A stretch of DNA of 64,000 bases from Eledone cirrhosa (GCA_964016885.1 OZ024752.1:38378001-38442000); one strand, 5' to 3'; positions 13,402 through 25,702 are shown, numbered from the stretch's first letter. Program-made: numbers and translations. The notes: generated by a model from the sequence alone, not told the origin.

Positions 13402-14420
13402 TAGAGTGGAGTTACAGAGTTACTCTCTAAAATGCTTGGTTAACATATAAGATGTGTGGAGTTACAGAGTTACTCTCTAAAATGCTTGGTTAACATATAA
13501 GATGTGTGGAGTTACAGAGTTACTCTCTAAAATGCTTGGTTAACATATAAGATGAGTGGAGTTACAGAGTTACTCTCTAAAATGCTTGGTTAACATATAA
13601 GATGTGTGGAGTTACAGAGTTACTCCCTAAAATGCTTGGTTAACATATAAGATGAGTAGAGTTACAGAGTTACTCTCTAAAATGCTTGGTTAACATATAA
13701 GATGAGTAGAGTTACAGAGTTACTTTCTAAAATGCTTGGTTAACATATAAGATGTGTGGAGTTACAGAGTTACTCTCTAAAATGCTTGGTTAACATATAA
13801 GATGTGTGGAGTTACAGAGTTACTCTCTAAAATGCTTGATTAACATATAAGATGTGTGGAGTTACAGAGTTACTCTCTAAAATGCTTGGTTAACATATAA
13901 GATGAGTAGAGATTCTCTATAGTTACTCTCTAAAATGCTTGGTTAACATATAAGATGAGTAGAGTTACAGAGTTACTCTCTAAAATGTTTGGTTAACATA
14001 TAAGATGAGTAGAGTTAGAGTTACTCTCTAAAATGCTTGGTTAACATATAAGATGAGTGGAGTTACAGAGTTACTCTCTAAAATGCTTGGTTAACATATA
14101 AGATGAGTGGAGTTACAGAGTTACTCTTTAAAATGCTTGGTTAACATATAAGATGAGTGGAGTTACAGAGTTACTCTCTAAAATGCTTGGTTAACATATA
14201 AGATGAGTAGAGTTAGAGTTACTCTCTAAAATGCTTGGTTAACATATAAGATGAGTAGAGTTACAGAGTTACTCTCTAAAATGCTTGGTTAACATATAAG
14301 ATGAGTAGAGTTACAGAGTTACTCTCTAAAATGCTTGGTTAACATATAAGATGAGTAGAGTTACAGAGTTACTCTCTAAAATGCTTGGTTAACATATAAG
14401 ATGAGTAGAGTTACAGAGTT
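13402..14420. repeat. Minisatellite, 50-bp unit GAGTTACAGAGTTACTCTCTAAAATGCTTGGTTAACATATAAGATGWGTR, about 20 copies
   Basis: Visible tandem periodicity. Confidence 0.97.
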
Positions 14421-15017
14421 ATTATATACTAGGAATTTTTTTGAACATGGTGACGTGTATGCGTATATGTGCATATGCATGCATTTATATCTATGAGTAT
14501 CATCATCATCGGCATTGATTAACGTCCATCTTCCTCGTTATCATGGGTTAGACGGGTCCCATTTAGAGGCAAGTTGGATCGGGTGACTGTGTCTCACTCA
14601 TATAGGGGTGTTTCCCGCTGGTTTTCTATGGCTGGATGTCCTTCCTAACGCCAACCATAATGACAGTGTGTGCTGGGTGCTTTTTGCCGTGTCTTTTACA
14701 CAGTGTGAACTGAACGCACAAACACAGATACAGACACACTTACAAAAATACACACTCACAGACATACATTCACACAATTACACATACATTCTCACGCACA
14801 CACATACACTCACAGCGTATCAAATGTAACACCAGCCGCTATTTTACAATAGTTTTTTTCACCATCCCCCTTCCTTCGTTTTACACACACACATTTAACC
14901 AGGATCTGACATCATATTCTTCCTTATGTTAGTTCCATCTATTTAACTAGTTACTGCTCTATTTCCAACAAAACCGTTGATTAATGGAAAAATACAAAAG
15001 AAAACTGTAATTCTTAC

Positions 15018-15205
15018 CATATCTACTAGTGAGATATATAGAAACATGCCACCAGCTACTCCAAATATCCAGGTGTGAGCTGCAGTAACTTCAGCCAACA
15101 GAATACCAAATATAAGACCAATGTAACACATACAAGCTGACAAGAAGTTAAAGAGCAAAGCTCTTTTTAATGTCATACCAGAATTCAGCAGAATGGCGAA
15201 GTCTC
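15018..15205 (-). CDS. SLC39A14: ZIP8/ZIP14-like transporter, exon 8 ([23 protein letters not shown]...[12 protein letters not shown])
   Basis: ttcag acceptor, gtaag donor; classic LIV-1 TM5-TM7 sequence; phases match neighbouring exons. Confidence 0.95.
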
Positions 15206-15854
15206 CTGAAAAGAAAGATAAAAAAATCGGAATAAAATATAAAATATCATCATCATCATTTAATGTCTATTTTTCCATGCTTTCATGGGTTAGACGGGTA
15301 GTTGATCTACACGCTAAACACACCCAGTACAAGCTGTAAAGTGGTTAGTGATAGGAAGGGCATCCAGTCGTAGAAATCTTGCCAGAAAAAGGGTTGGGAG
15401 GACCCTTCAGTTGTGTCAAGGACATGACAGCCTCTTTCGTGTGGTGATCTACACGCTAAATGCAATCAGTACATGCTGTAAAGTGCTTGATGTTAGGAAG
15501 GGCATCCAGCTGTAGAAAGCTTGCCAAACAAGGAGTTGGGAAGACCCTTCAGTCGTGTAGAGGACATGACAACCTCCCTAATGCTGATGATCTACACACT
15601 AAAAGCTCCCTGTATATGCTGTAAAGTGATTGATGTTAGGAAGGGGAACCTGCCGTAGAAAGCTTGCCAAATAAGGGGTTAGGACGACCCTTCAATTTGT
15701 GTCGAAAGACACAACTTGTCCTCTGCATTCGATATGAACATATATATGTAAGCAAGATAGACATCCTAGGTCTGTCTGGGAGGTCAGTATCCCCACTTCA
15801 GTACTACTTAGTCTATGTAGAGCTGTCCAACCCTTGCTAACAGGGAAATTTTTC

Positions 15855-16182
15855 ATCATCATCATTTCATTTTTACGTCCACTTTTCCCTGCTTGCAAGG
15901 GTGGGACGGGAACTGATTCTGGCTTGATTTCTACAGCTGGATGCCCTTCCTAACACCAACCTCATTTACAGTGAGTGCTGGGTGCTTTTTTTGCCGTGGC
16001 ACCTCCACGACCACTTTGCAGTGAAATGATAGGGACCCCAGTGCCTATCATCTCATTTCTACAGCTGAGTAAACTGGAGCAACGTGAAATAAAGTGTCTT
16101 GCTCAAGGAAACAGCACATCACCCGGTCTGAGAATTGAACTCACAACCTTTCGATTGCAAGGCCAATGCTCTAACCACTAAG
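15855..16182 (-). mobile_element. Near full-length tRNA-derived SINE family B (CORE-like centre, (GAT)n tail)
   Basis: Minus strand: TAGTGGTTAGAGCATTGG (box A), GAGTTCAATTC (box B), CCTTGAGCAAGACACTTTATTTCAC, AGGAAGGGCATCCAGC; near-identical copies at 25700-26020 and 26657-26975. Confidence 0.8.
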
Positions 16183-16315
16183 CAGACATATAATGACGAT
16201 GATGATAAATGAGAATGGGAGGTGGCAATTAGCAACTGAAATTTGTTAAACACTCACAAGTGAGGAGAGATACATTCCCCAAATACTTCAACTCATAAAA
16301 TACAAAGTTTCTTAC

Positions 16316-16520
16316 CTAATTCATGGGGTAGTTCTTCACATATAACAGCAAGAGAGACACTGATACCAGTCATAGTAGAAGAAGTGAATGCAGCTCCGAT
16401 AGATAAACCATCGATAAAATTATGTAAAGCATCACCAAATATAATCATCCAAGCAACAGTCTTGATTGGTTTCTTTTTACCTGGTTTAATGACATAGCCA
16501 TTATTGTCAGCTGGACTGAT
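16316..16520 (-). CDS. SLC39A14: ZIP8/ZIP14-like transporter, exon 7 ([23 protein letters not shown]...CEELPHELG)
   Basis: HNFIDG TM4 and EELPHE TM5 motifs (E in place of H marks ZIP8/14); tacag acceptor, gtaag donor. Confidence 0.95.
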
Positions 16521-17085
16521 CTGTAGGGTAAAAAAAATGAAACAAAATATACACACACACATATATATATAGATATATATATATATATATATATATGCAA
16601 AAGTTTTATTTAAAATTGTTGGGTTACAACGAGTAAATATTTTATAACTGATATAAAGCACTCAACAAGTTTTGGAGTAGATATACGATATTACATGATG
16701 TAATTTAAGTATCGCTGTTTTCTCTTTAGTTATTTTTTATTTCTCTCCGTCTCCTTAACACTATAACTAAATAAATAAATAAATAAATAATTACAGTACT
16801 CCCTCCCTCATAAATCTCTCAATTTGTATGATGAATTATTATTCATCTGTTGCCTCAACTGCCTCTCATTTTTCACCTCCTCACTATTTCTCTCTCCCAT
16901 ATCTCTCTCTATCTCTCTCTGTTTTTCTTTACATACATTTATTCCTTCTCTCCGTCTTTCTTTCTAACTGTGCTTAACACTAAATATTTACAAACATTTC
17001 ACTACCAAACCAACTTTTTTAAATGGAAGTTGATCAATATTTTATGGTATGTCAAATTTATTTATAAAACTGCTTATATATTGTA

Positions 17086-17147
17086 TTTTATCTGAAGAAG
17101 GCATGCCATATTTTTAATATGGTATCCCTGAAATATGTATAATGAAA
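17086..17147 (+). ncRNA. Minimal hammerhead ribozyme motif (family H4)
   Basis: TTTTAT-CTGAAGA-AGGCATGCCATA...TATGGTATCCCT-GAAAT-ATGT-ATA-ATGAAA; followed by a short tail and (TA)n; related copy at 31603. Confidence 0.7.
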
Positions 17148-17436
17148 TAAATATAGTTTCCATTTGTTTAATATCGTATATATATATATTTTTTTTTCCC
17201 TACTATATCAAGCGTAAAACTAATATATTTCTTCATTGCACTCTGTTGTTTACTTTGTTATTTCTAAAACAATGTTGTCTTTGTTGTCTTTTGCATATAT
17301 ATATTTGATTATCAAATTTGCTAAGGTAAAATTCTTAGCAATATTGGTTTTCTTTCTAGTGCATTGTATGGTTTTCAAAATTATTTAAATTTGTGTTTTC
17401 TATTCAACAATGCTTTAAGCAAACTACAACACTCGG

Positions 17437-17475
<39 letters not shown>

Positions 17476-17889
17476 GATGGATGCAGCAAAAACCAGTTAG
17501 ACCATTACTCACCAGAGTACTTGATACTTGGAATAATAGAGTGGGTAATATGAAAAATTTGAAACTCCGACGGCTGAGCTCCTGCCATTTCAACAGCTAG
17601 ATCTGATCTAGTTGTTGAAATGGCAGGAGCTCAGCCACCAGTGTCCAAAATTTTTCATATATATACATATATATATATGTGTGAGTGTGTGTATGAAAAG
17701 GTGTTGATAAAATAGGTAAAAATTCATAAACAATGAAAAGGTTTAGAATCGGTTTAAATCATCTAGATTGATGCTATGTAGTTTTTTTAGTCATATTCTC
17801 AAAGAAACAGAAGATTCTAAAGAATAAAGTCTAACTATGGTACAAAGTGAAAGAATGTAAGAGATTTTCAATATTTCATTTCAACTCAC

Positions 17890-18099
17890 ATTGTTTACTC
17901 CAGTTTGAACATTTATATTTAAAAATTCAATGCTGTTTGTTCGACCTAAGTTTGATGTGCAATGACTTGCAGATTCATGATAATTTGACGGATCTTTCAG
18001 CTTTGCAGTGTCATTGTCTACAGGAGTCTTGGATTTCACAGAACAAACAATATCTGATATGTTAGGGTTTTCTCCAATTTGTTGATTTTTATTTTTATC
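17890..18099 (-). CDS. SLC39A14: ZIP8/ZIP14-like transporter, exon 6 (cytoplasmic loop, DKNKNQQIGENP...QTGVNN)
   Basis: 210-nt open frame, tttag acceptor, gtgagt donor, phase 0/0. Confidence 0.8.
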
Positions 18100-18284
18100 C
18101 TAAAATAGAACAGAAAGTAAGAACAGGTATTTATTAGTTTAGCAATAAAATTTATGTCAAGCAACACCAATTTTTACTGTGATGCAGTCATAGTACTGTT
18201 TCATGCTGTATAGGGTGCAAAGAATTAAGTGAAATTACCCTCTTATTTAGAAAAAGAAAACAAAACCAACTCTTTTCTTTCAAC

Positions 18285-18650
18285 CCAGAGTACCTTTTTG
18301 ATTTCCATGTGTCTAACACACGTGGACATGCCCACAAAGTCAGAAAACAGCACAGTTCCCATGACTTTCGGAAACATTTTTTCACACTCAGAGTTGCTGA
18401 AGCATGGAACAAACTGCCTGCATCAGTTGTTAGCTGTCGAGACACTGCATCCTTTAAAACCCCCATGCTTCCCGAGATTCGCCAACACTACACCTAATGT
18501 TCCCCCTCCATACACATACACACATGTATATCATGACTCATACACTATTCACTTCCCTGACATTTGTATATTATTCTATGTACTATACATGCACCTTTGA
18601 CGAGTTGTAGTGCACCTGAGCACTGTACACAATAATTTCATTATTATTAT
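18285..18650 (+). mobile_element. CR1/L2-type LINE 3' end with (ATT)n tail
   Basis: TRGHAHKVRKQHSSHDFRKHFFTLRVAEAWNKLP is the typical CR1 ORF2 C-terminus; second copy on minus at about 35285-35575. Confidence 0.8.
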
Positions 18651-19578
18651 TTTAAAATCACTAACAATTGTTATTAAGTTTCATTTTTTCTCCAGCTTCT
18701 TCTTCGCCTACTTATCATGGGAATGTTGCAGGGGCAGAGTCCACAAACACTCCTTCCAGCAGGTATTGTCAATTGATCTGGCTGAATCCCCAAGTGAAAC
18801 TAGCTGAGCTCATGGATGTATTCCAACCCTCTTGCTTGGGGGTTCACCCCCAGGTCTCCAGCAGGTTGGTTTTGCTCGTAAAATCTGGCCAGTGATTCCC
18901 CCCCCCCCCCCCCCGAGTCATTCTAACCACATGTCCATAGCATCGTAGCTGTGATGTCTCAACTCATAGAAATAATAATGGTTCTACCTGGAACAACTCT
19001 CTGATCTCCAAGCTACGCACTCTATCAAGTAACGTTACTCCACCCCAAAGGGTCTTCTTTCTCCAACTAAAAGGGAAATTTGAATCGACTAAAATCATTT
19101 CCCCTGTAGAATATTCAGTTCATCATTTTCTCTTAACACATTTATATAATTGATGATACTAATTCTTCCAAGGTATTCACTACATATTAAAACTTTAGTG
19201 AGTGGGAAAGGAGAGACAGTGGTTCCTTATTCGCTGTCCTCTTTCTTCTAATGTCAACAAACACTTTTTAACTAGGATATTCGAATATCTTTGCCTTCCA
19301 TCTATTCCAGGTCGATAAAAAAAAAGTACTACTCTAGTACTGGGGTGGTTTCTTCCTCTATATCCCTTTTTTTTACTCCCTTTCTCTCATTCTCTACCCT
19401 GTTCTAGACGAAATCTGCTGTATTCAGACCTGGAGAGGAGATGGACTCAATCAGGTTTAAAAATGCCCGAGAAATCCCATGTGTCAATATGGCACCGTTA
19501 CAACTCGCTCAGGAGTTACGGGATCATACATACATACACACATTTGAATATGGTCAAATGTTTGCAGGAAGACTATGC

Positions 19579-20187
19579 ATGTTGGAGGTATAGTCAAGTT
19601 CTCTTACCATGATAACAATAAATTCCACCCTGCCCTCAAAAGACACGACAACCTCTCCTGTGTCCTTGATAGAATGTGTGGTTTCTCTTACCATGATAAC
19701 AATAAATTCCACCCTGCCCTCAAAAGACACGACAACCTCTCCTGTGTCCTTGATAGAATGTGTGGTTTCTCTTACCATGATAACAATAAATTCCACCCCG
19801 CCCTCAAAAGACACGACAACCTCTCCTGTGTCCTTGATAGAATGTGTGGTTTCTCTTACCATGATAACAATAAATTCCACCCCGCCCTCAAAAGACACGA
19901 CAACCTCTCCTGTGTCCTTGATAGAATGTGTGGTTTCTCTTACCATGATAACAATAAATTCCACCCTGCCCTCAAAAGACACGACAACCTCTCCTGTGTC
20001 CTTGATAGAATGTGTGGTTTCTCTTACCATGATAACAATAAATTCCACCCCGCCCTCAAAAGACACGACAACCTCTCCTGTGTCCTTGATAGAATGTGTG
20101 GTTTCTCTTACCATGATAACAATAAATTCCACCCTGCCCTCAAAAGACACGACAACCTCTCCTGTGTCCTTGATAGAATGTGTGGTT
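19579..20187. repeat. Minisatellite, 84-bp unit, about 7 near-identical copies
   Basis: 28-aa periodicity in the ORF track; visible repeat of TTCTCTTACCATGATAACAATAAATTCCACC... Confidence 0.95.
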
Positions 20188-20399
20188 GTACGTAAGCAAG
20201 ACACAGACTGCTCTGACCTGTCAGAGAGGTTTTAATGCTGCTTCAGTACTATATGTAGACATATCCAACCCTTGCTAGCAGGGAAAGCAGACATTAAACG
20301 ATGATGTGATGACTGGGATACTTTAGGGAAAATTCCCAGATATTACTGGTACTTATTCAGTTGCTACAAGCAACTGTATTTTAAGACAAGTTTACTCAC

Positions 20400-20435
20400 C
20401 ATTATCATGCTGTACTCTGCTTCATCTTTGTTATT
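20400..20435 (-). CDS. SLC39A14: ZIP8/ZIP14-like transporter, 36-nt micro-exon 5 (NNKDEAEYSMIM)
   Basis: tttcttcttatag acceptor and gtgagt donor, phase 0/0, open frame. Confidence 0.7.
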
Positions 20436-21202
20436 CTATAAGAAGAAATACAATGAAACAAAATAAAATATAATTGTTTCTACTTTTGGCACAAGGCCAG
20501 CAATTTGAAGGGAAAATGGGAAAGTCGATTAAATTGACACCAGTATGTTACTGATACTTTATTTTATGGCCTCATATGAATGAAAGGCAAAACTAACCTC
20601 GGCAGGATTTGAACTCAGAACGTAAAGGGACTTATGCCACAAAGCATGTTATCCAACGCTCTAGCAATTACTGCCAATCCACCGTCCTGATAATGGTTTT
20701 TGATTTAGGCACAAAGCCAACAATTTTTGGGGAAGGGAAAGTTGATTAAATTGATCCCACTGCATTACTGGTACTTTATTTTATCAACCTCGTAAGGATG
20801 AAAGGCAAAGCTATTTGAACTCAGATCGTAAAGTGACATAAATCTATACTGCAAAGTATGGTGTCTGATGCTCTACCGATTCTCTTGCAAGAAATGATTT
20901 CCAATGCATGGCATTCTCTTAGGGAATTTCTTACAGAGATAGAAGGCTATAAGTTTTGGGGGAAAAGAAGCAATCAATTATATTGATTAAAATACTTGAT
21001 CAATACTTAATTTTATCTACCCTGGAAGAATGAAAAACTAAGTGGGCCTCAGCAGGATTTAAACCTAAAATATAAAGAATTGTAACAATACACAGCCAGA
21101 TATTTTGACTGAGGCTCTAACGATTCTGACATCTTTTAAGAATACTGACAGTCCTGTGCTGTTATCAACTTAACATCTATTTTGACTTGTATTATTATAT
21201 TA

Positions 21203-21500
21203 AAGGTTAACTTTGCCTTTCATCCTTACAGGGTCGATAAAATAAAGTACCAGTAATGTACTGGGTAATTGCTGGCCTTGTGCCTAAAGTAGAAACAATT
21301 ATTATATTAAAGACAGCGGTGGATTGGCAGTATCGGTAGAGGGTCGGACGCCATGCTTTCCAGCATAGTTACGTCTCTTTACGATCTGAGTTCAAATCCC
21401 GCCGAGGTTGACTTTGCCTTTAATCCTTATGGGGTCGATAAAATAAAGTACCAGTAATGCACTGCATAATTGCTCGCCTTGTGCCTAAAGTAGAAACAAT
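21203..21500 (+). mobile_element. tRNA-derived SINE family A (Deu/Nin-like domain): truncated copy plus full copy in tandem
   Basis: Box A TGGCAGTATCGG, box B GAGTTCAAATCC, GCCTTTCATCCTTACGGGGTCGATAAAATAAAGTACCAG; repeated target ATTATTATATTAAAG. Confidence 0.85.
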
Positions 21501-21932
21501 TATTATATTAAAGACATGCTAAGTAAACATGCTTACATCAGATAATATTGTAAAATGTCCAGGTGTGAAATGAATCTATAGATATATAGATTAGTGCTAG
21601 TGATCTACACAATAAAAGCACCCAGTACATGCTGTAAAGTGGTTGGTGTTATCAACCCATAGAAAGTTTGCCAAACAAGGGGTTAGGAGGATCCTTCAGT
21701 TTGTGTCAAAAGTCACAGCAACTTCTCTGCATTTGATGACAGTATGTAAGCGAGATACAGACCTCCTTGGCCTGCCTGGGACGTCAGTGGCCTCGCTTCA
21801 GTACTGACTTGGTCTAAGTAGACCCGTCCAACCCTTGATAGCAAGGAAGGCGGACATTAAATGATGATGATAGCATGAGAAGGTGTGAAGTTGAGAAACA
21901 AGAATGAAAGTAAAAAGAAAGTCAAATCTTAC

Positions 21933-22061
21933 CTTCTTCCATTCAAAGGCTGATTTAAGGAATCTTTCAATGAGAAAAAATAAATAGACTCCTCCCATAA
22001 TTGTAGTGCTCATCCATAAGTAACCATGTCTGTCTTCTCTTGTACCAACAAGTTCAAAGGC
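21933..22061 (-). CDS. SLC39A14: ZIP8/ZIP14-like transporter, exon 4 (AFELVG...GGVYLFFLIERFLK)
   Basis: TM3 motif GGxYLFFxxERxL; ttgcag acceptor, gtaag donor; 129 nt, phase 0/0. Confidence 0.92.
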
Positions 22062-22164
22062 CTGCAAAGAGAAAGAGAGAATTAGAGAATAATACAGAAA
22101 CAAGATATCTTCCATTAGTTTTGTTTTTCATCTTTAACAAGCTGAAGCATCTTTAACAAGCTGA

Positions 22165-22496
22165 AGCATATAGACAATATGCCCCCACACCTCCCACTGC
22201 AAGGTGGTCATGGAGGTGCCACGGCAAAAAAGCACCCAGCCCACACTGTAAAGTGGACGTGGAGGTGCCATGGCAAAAAAGCACCCGGCCCACACTGTAA
22301 AGTGGACGTGTAGGCGCCACGAAAAAGCACCCAGCACTCACTGTAAATGAGGTTGGTGTTAGGAAGGGCATCCAGCTGTAGAAATCAAGCCAAATCAGTT
22401 CCTGTATGAGCAAGGCATGGTCAGCCGACCAGACACTGCCCACAACAGGACAACCCGTCTAACCCATGCTAGCGTGGAAGAACGGACGTAAAACGG

Positions 22497-22525
<29 letters not shown>
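22165..22525 (+). mobile_element. SINE family B variant with internal tandem duplication and (GAT)n tail
   Basis: Repeated AAAAGCACCCAGC..CACTGTAAAGTGG; inverse copy at 30738-31000. Confidence 0.75.
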
Positions 22526-22528
<3 letters not shown>

Positions 22529-22752
22529 CCTTTAGCATTTAAACCAGCCCTATCCAGCCAGAATTCTCTCACCTCTTTCTATTCAAACCGGCTTTAACTG
22601 GCTGCTCATACTTATGTTAAGGTATTGTTCTGAAAATAAATAATATCAAAATCTCATAGATTCGATATTATGTGGGATAATTCTGTGAGGTAAAAACTTT
22701 ACCATGAAAATACAATAGTAAATATAGAGTCATGTAAATGCTAAAGGGTTAA
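22525..22752. mobile_element. piggyBac-like MITE
   Basis: AACCCTTTAGCATTTA ... TAAATGCTAAAGGG-TTAA. Confidence 0.7.
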
Positions 22753-22884
22753 ATATTTAACATATAGACATATACATAGTTTTTTCTGTTGTGGCATGGA
22801 ATGGATATATTTGATTTGAACATGAAACTAGAGCAAGTATTTATGGTTTAATGTTTTTCTTGCTATCAAATATTATATTATGAA

Positions 22885-23275
22885 AGGGCGGTGGATTGTC
22901 AGTATCGGTAGAGGGTCAGACGCCATGCTTTCCAGCATAGTTACCTCCCTTTACGATCTGAGTTCAAATCCCGCCGAGGTTGACTTTGCCTTTCATCCTT
23001 ACGGAGTCGATAAAATAAAGTACCAGTAATGCACTGGGTAATTGCTGGCCCTGTGCCTAAAGTAGAAACAATTATATTATGAAAGGGCGGTGGATGACAG
23101 TATCGGTAGAGGGTCTGACGCCATGCTTTGCAGCAAAGAGTTACGGCCCTTGCCATTCTGAGTTCAAATCCCGCCGAGGTTAATTTTTGCCTTTCATCCT
23201 TACGAGGTCGATAAAATAAAGTACCAGTAATACACTGGAATAATTGCTGGCCTTGTGCCAAAAGTAGAAACAATT
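22885..23275 (+). mobile_element. Two tandem full-length SINE A copies
   Basis: Each copy starts GGGCGGTGGA and ends AAGTAGAAACA; ATTATATTATGAAA occurs before, between and after them. Confidence 0.9.
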
Positions 23276-24091
23276 ATATTATGAAATAGCACTGTTACTT
23301 ACATCAACCACCTTTACAGAGTGTGCTGGGTGCATTTATCATGTAGTTCACCAACACTAGAGAGGTTATCATACTCCTGGCACAACTCAACATCCTCTCG
23401 ACCCTTTTAGCATGACTTCTACAGTGGGATGCCCTTTACAGGGTGTACAGGGTACATTTATCATGGCAATGTCACTAGAGCAGGTGTTATTACTGCCTCA
23501 ACTGATGAGCCATTTTTTTACCCTAAGGGTGAGGGTAAGGTATTTCTATGTATGGGGAAGGGAGAGTGAAAGGGAAGGACATCTGAATGTGTGGGTGGTA
23601 CTATGGGGAGTGATATAACTTTTGGCAAAAAACACTCACTGGCAAGAAAACTGAAAAAAGCGTGTTCAAACAAATGAAAAAAAGTTATCTTGTAATTTAT
23701 TATGTGGGAATTTTACAGGCACACCTTTGTCACTTAAAAAATACAAAAGAAAAGTTTCTCCTTTGTTAACAATCATATTATACTTGTATAAAACAGCAGC
23801 AAACTGTATCCACTCATGTTTACAATTCAGTGAATAATATATAGAGAGTTTGGTGTATCTATGAATAATACACCAAAATACTGGCAACTATATATGAACT
23901 GGTGATTACTCAGTCAGAAAATCTCGCCTCAAATGTTTTCCACATTTTTTAAGCAAGGTCTCTAAAGATTACATTTTCACCATAAACTCCTATTTCAATA
24001 TGAACTACCAAAACAAGACAGCAAATTTATAAAGCACTGAATATTTCAACATATCAGAAAAGGTATTTAAATGTGAACACAGTTGGATGTA

Positions 24092-24688
24092 GAAGGGTCG
24101 GCTGAATTGTTCATAGGCTGACTAGTGCTGTGAAATCTTGCACACATTAATTTCAACTCTTCTTATGAATAACTGCATTGTTTCTTTCCAGAGATTATGT
24201 TGAAAAATAAACTTCATTTGGTCATTCCATGAGAGTATCTTGGTCAGCCTATGAAGGAGTGATGCTATGCTGTGAAATCTTGCATGTATTAATTTCAACT
24301 CCTTTAAATAGATGCATTGTTTCTTTCCAGAGATTATGTTGAAAAATAAACTTCATTTGGTCATTCCATGAGAGTATCTTGGTCAGCCTATGAAGGAGTG
24401 ATGCTATGCTGTGAAATCTTGCATGTATTAATTTCAACTCCTTTAAATAGATGCATTGTTTCTTTCCAGAGATTATGTTGAAAAATAAACTTCATTTGGT
24501 CATTCCATGAGAGTATCTTGGTCAGCCTATGAAGGAGTGATGCTATGCTGTGAAATCTTGCATGTATTAATTTCAACTCCTTTAAATAGATGCATTGTTT
24601 CTTTCCAGGGACTATGTTGAAAAATAAACTTCATTTGGTCATTCCATGAGAGTATCTTGGTCAGCCTTTGAACTTTTCAGTTGACCCA
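24092..24688. mobile_element. Mariner-like MITE with an internal 139-bp unit amplified about 4 times
   Basis: TIRs GGGTCGGCTGAA..GTTCATAGGCTGAC / GTCAGCCTTTGAACTTTTCAGTTGACCC; identical ORFs offset by 139 nt (24249, 24388). Confidence 0.8.
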
Positions 24689-24770
24689 CATAAGTCCTTT
24701 TCAAAGACTTACACACCTGTATGGACAAATGAATTTGAAAAAAAAAAATGTTAAAAATTTAGTAACTTAC

Positions 24771-24940
24771 CTCTGGAATGAGAACAAGAAGTCCACTCCC
24801 AGCGAGACTTCCAACAGCTAAAGCAACAAGGAAGAGCAAGACCTTTTTATAGATGCGTGTATTCATGACAGGTAATACAACGACGCCACATAGAGCACAC
24901 AGGTTGATAAGTGTCACAAACAAGAAACCATATCCCCATG
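24771..24940 (-). CDS. SLC39A14: ZIP8/ZIP14-like transporter, exon 3 (WGYGFLFVTLINLCAL...ALAVGSLAGSGLLVLIPE)
   Basis: TM1-TM2 motifs WGYG and ALAVG..L.LIPE; tttcag acceptor, gtaagt donor; phase 1/0. Confidence 0.95.
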
Positions 24941-25574
24941 CTGAAAGAAACCATTGAATATGATTGATTGAATTCAGAAATTAGTTTTTCCTTCAAGGGT
25001 ATAATTATGCAACGTCTATATCATATATGTGGATAGTTTGAGAGTACAAGGTTAAGGAACTATGGGAAAATGTGAGGCATGACCTATTATGAAATGGGCT
25101 CACAGTTGCTGCAGATATAAATAGCTTTGGCTTTATTATATAGAAATTACTTAATATGACAGCAGCAGCCTGATAACATCTGCTTCCTCATTAGGTAGCT
25201 ATTACAGTCTGGTTACATAAAATTAGTTGAGGAGAACTAATTTTATGTGAAACCAACCAACCAACCAGAAATTTATAAATTTATAAATATATAATAAATT
25301 GAAGTGAAAGCAACTGGTGCGTGTGTTTCTTATTGGCAACATGACCCTCCCAAAGTATAATAATATCGTTTTCAACACACGATTTCAGATAAAGAATCTT
25401 GCTAAACAAATTCAGAAACGAAATATTTATATTTATATTTATATATGTTTGATATAAATATGTAGGCTAGTACTAAGTACTAGCCACATGATGCCTTTGA
25501 CACTAATAACAACTAGGTACCCTAAATGTTCTAAATGACTAGGATTCTAGTTACACGTTTTCGACATTCCTTAT

Positions 25575-25619
25575 GCTTTGATGATTCCAGACTTCCCTCT
25601 GGAAGAAACAATTGTCAGC
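25575..25619 (+). ncRNA. Minimal hammerhead-like motif (family H5; C3-to-U core variant)
   Basis: GCT-TTGATGA-TTCCAGA CTTCCC TCTGGAA-GAAAC-AATT-GTC-AGC; 43-nt tail then (TA)n. Confidence 0.7.
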
Positions 25620-25660
25620 TAATAATTGTTCTAAACTAAAATTTGATCGTTTTAACACTT

Positions 25661-25702
<42 letters not shown>

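Noticed and set aside
13402-14420. CRISPR-like arrays
   Set aside because: Units are contiguous with no unique spacers; eukaryotic context, no cas genes
16110-16182. tRNA gene
   Set aside because: The tRNA-like sequence is the head of a multi-copy SINE and lacks a proper acceptor stem
19554-20235. Mucin-like or repeat-protein ORFs
   Set aside because: An 84-bp unit divisible by 3 stays open on both strands; lies in a ZIP intron
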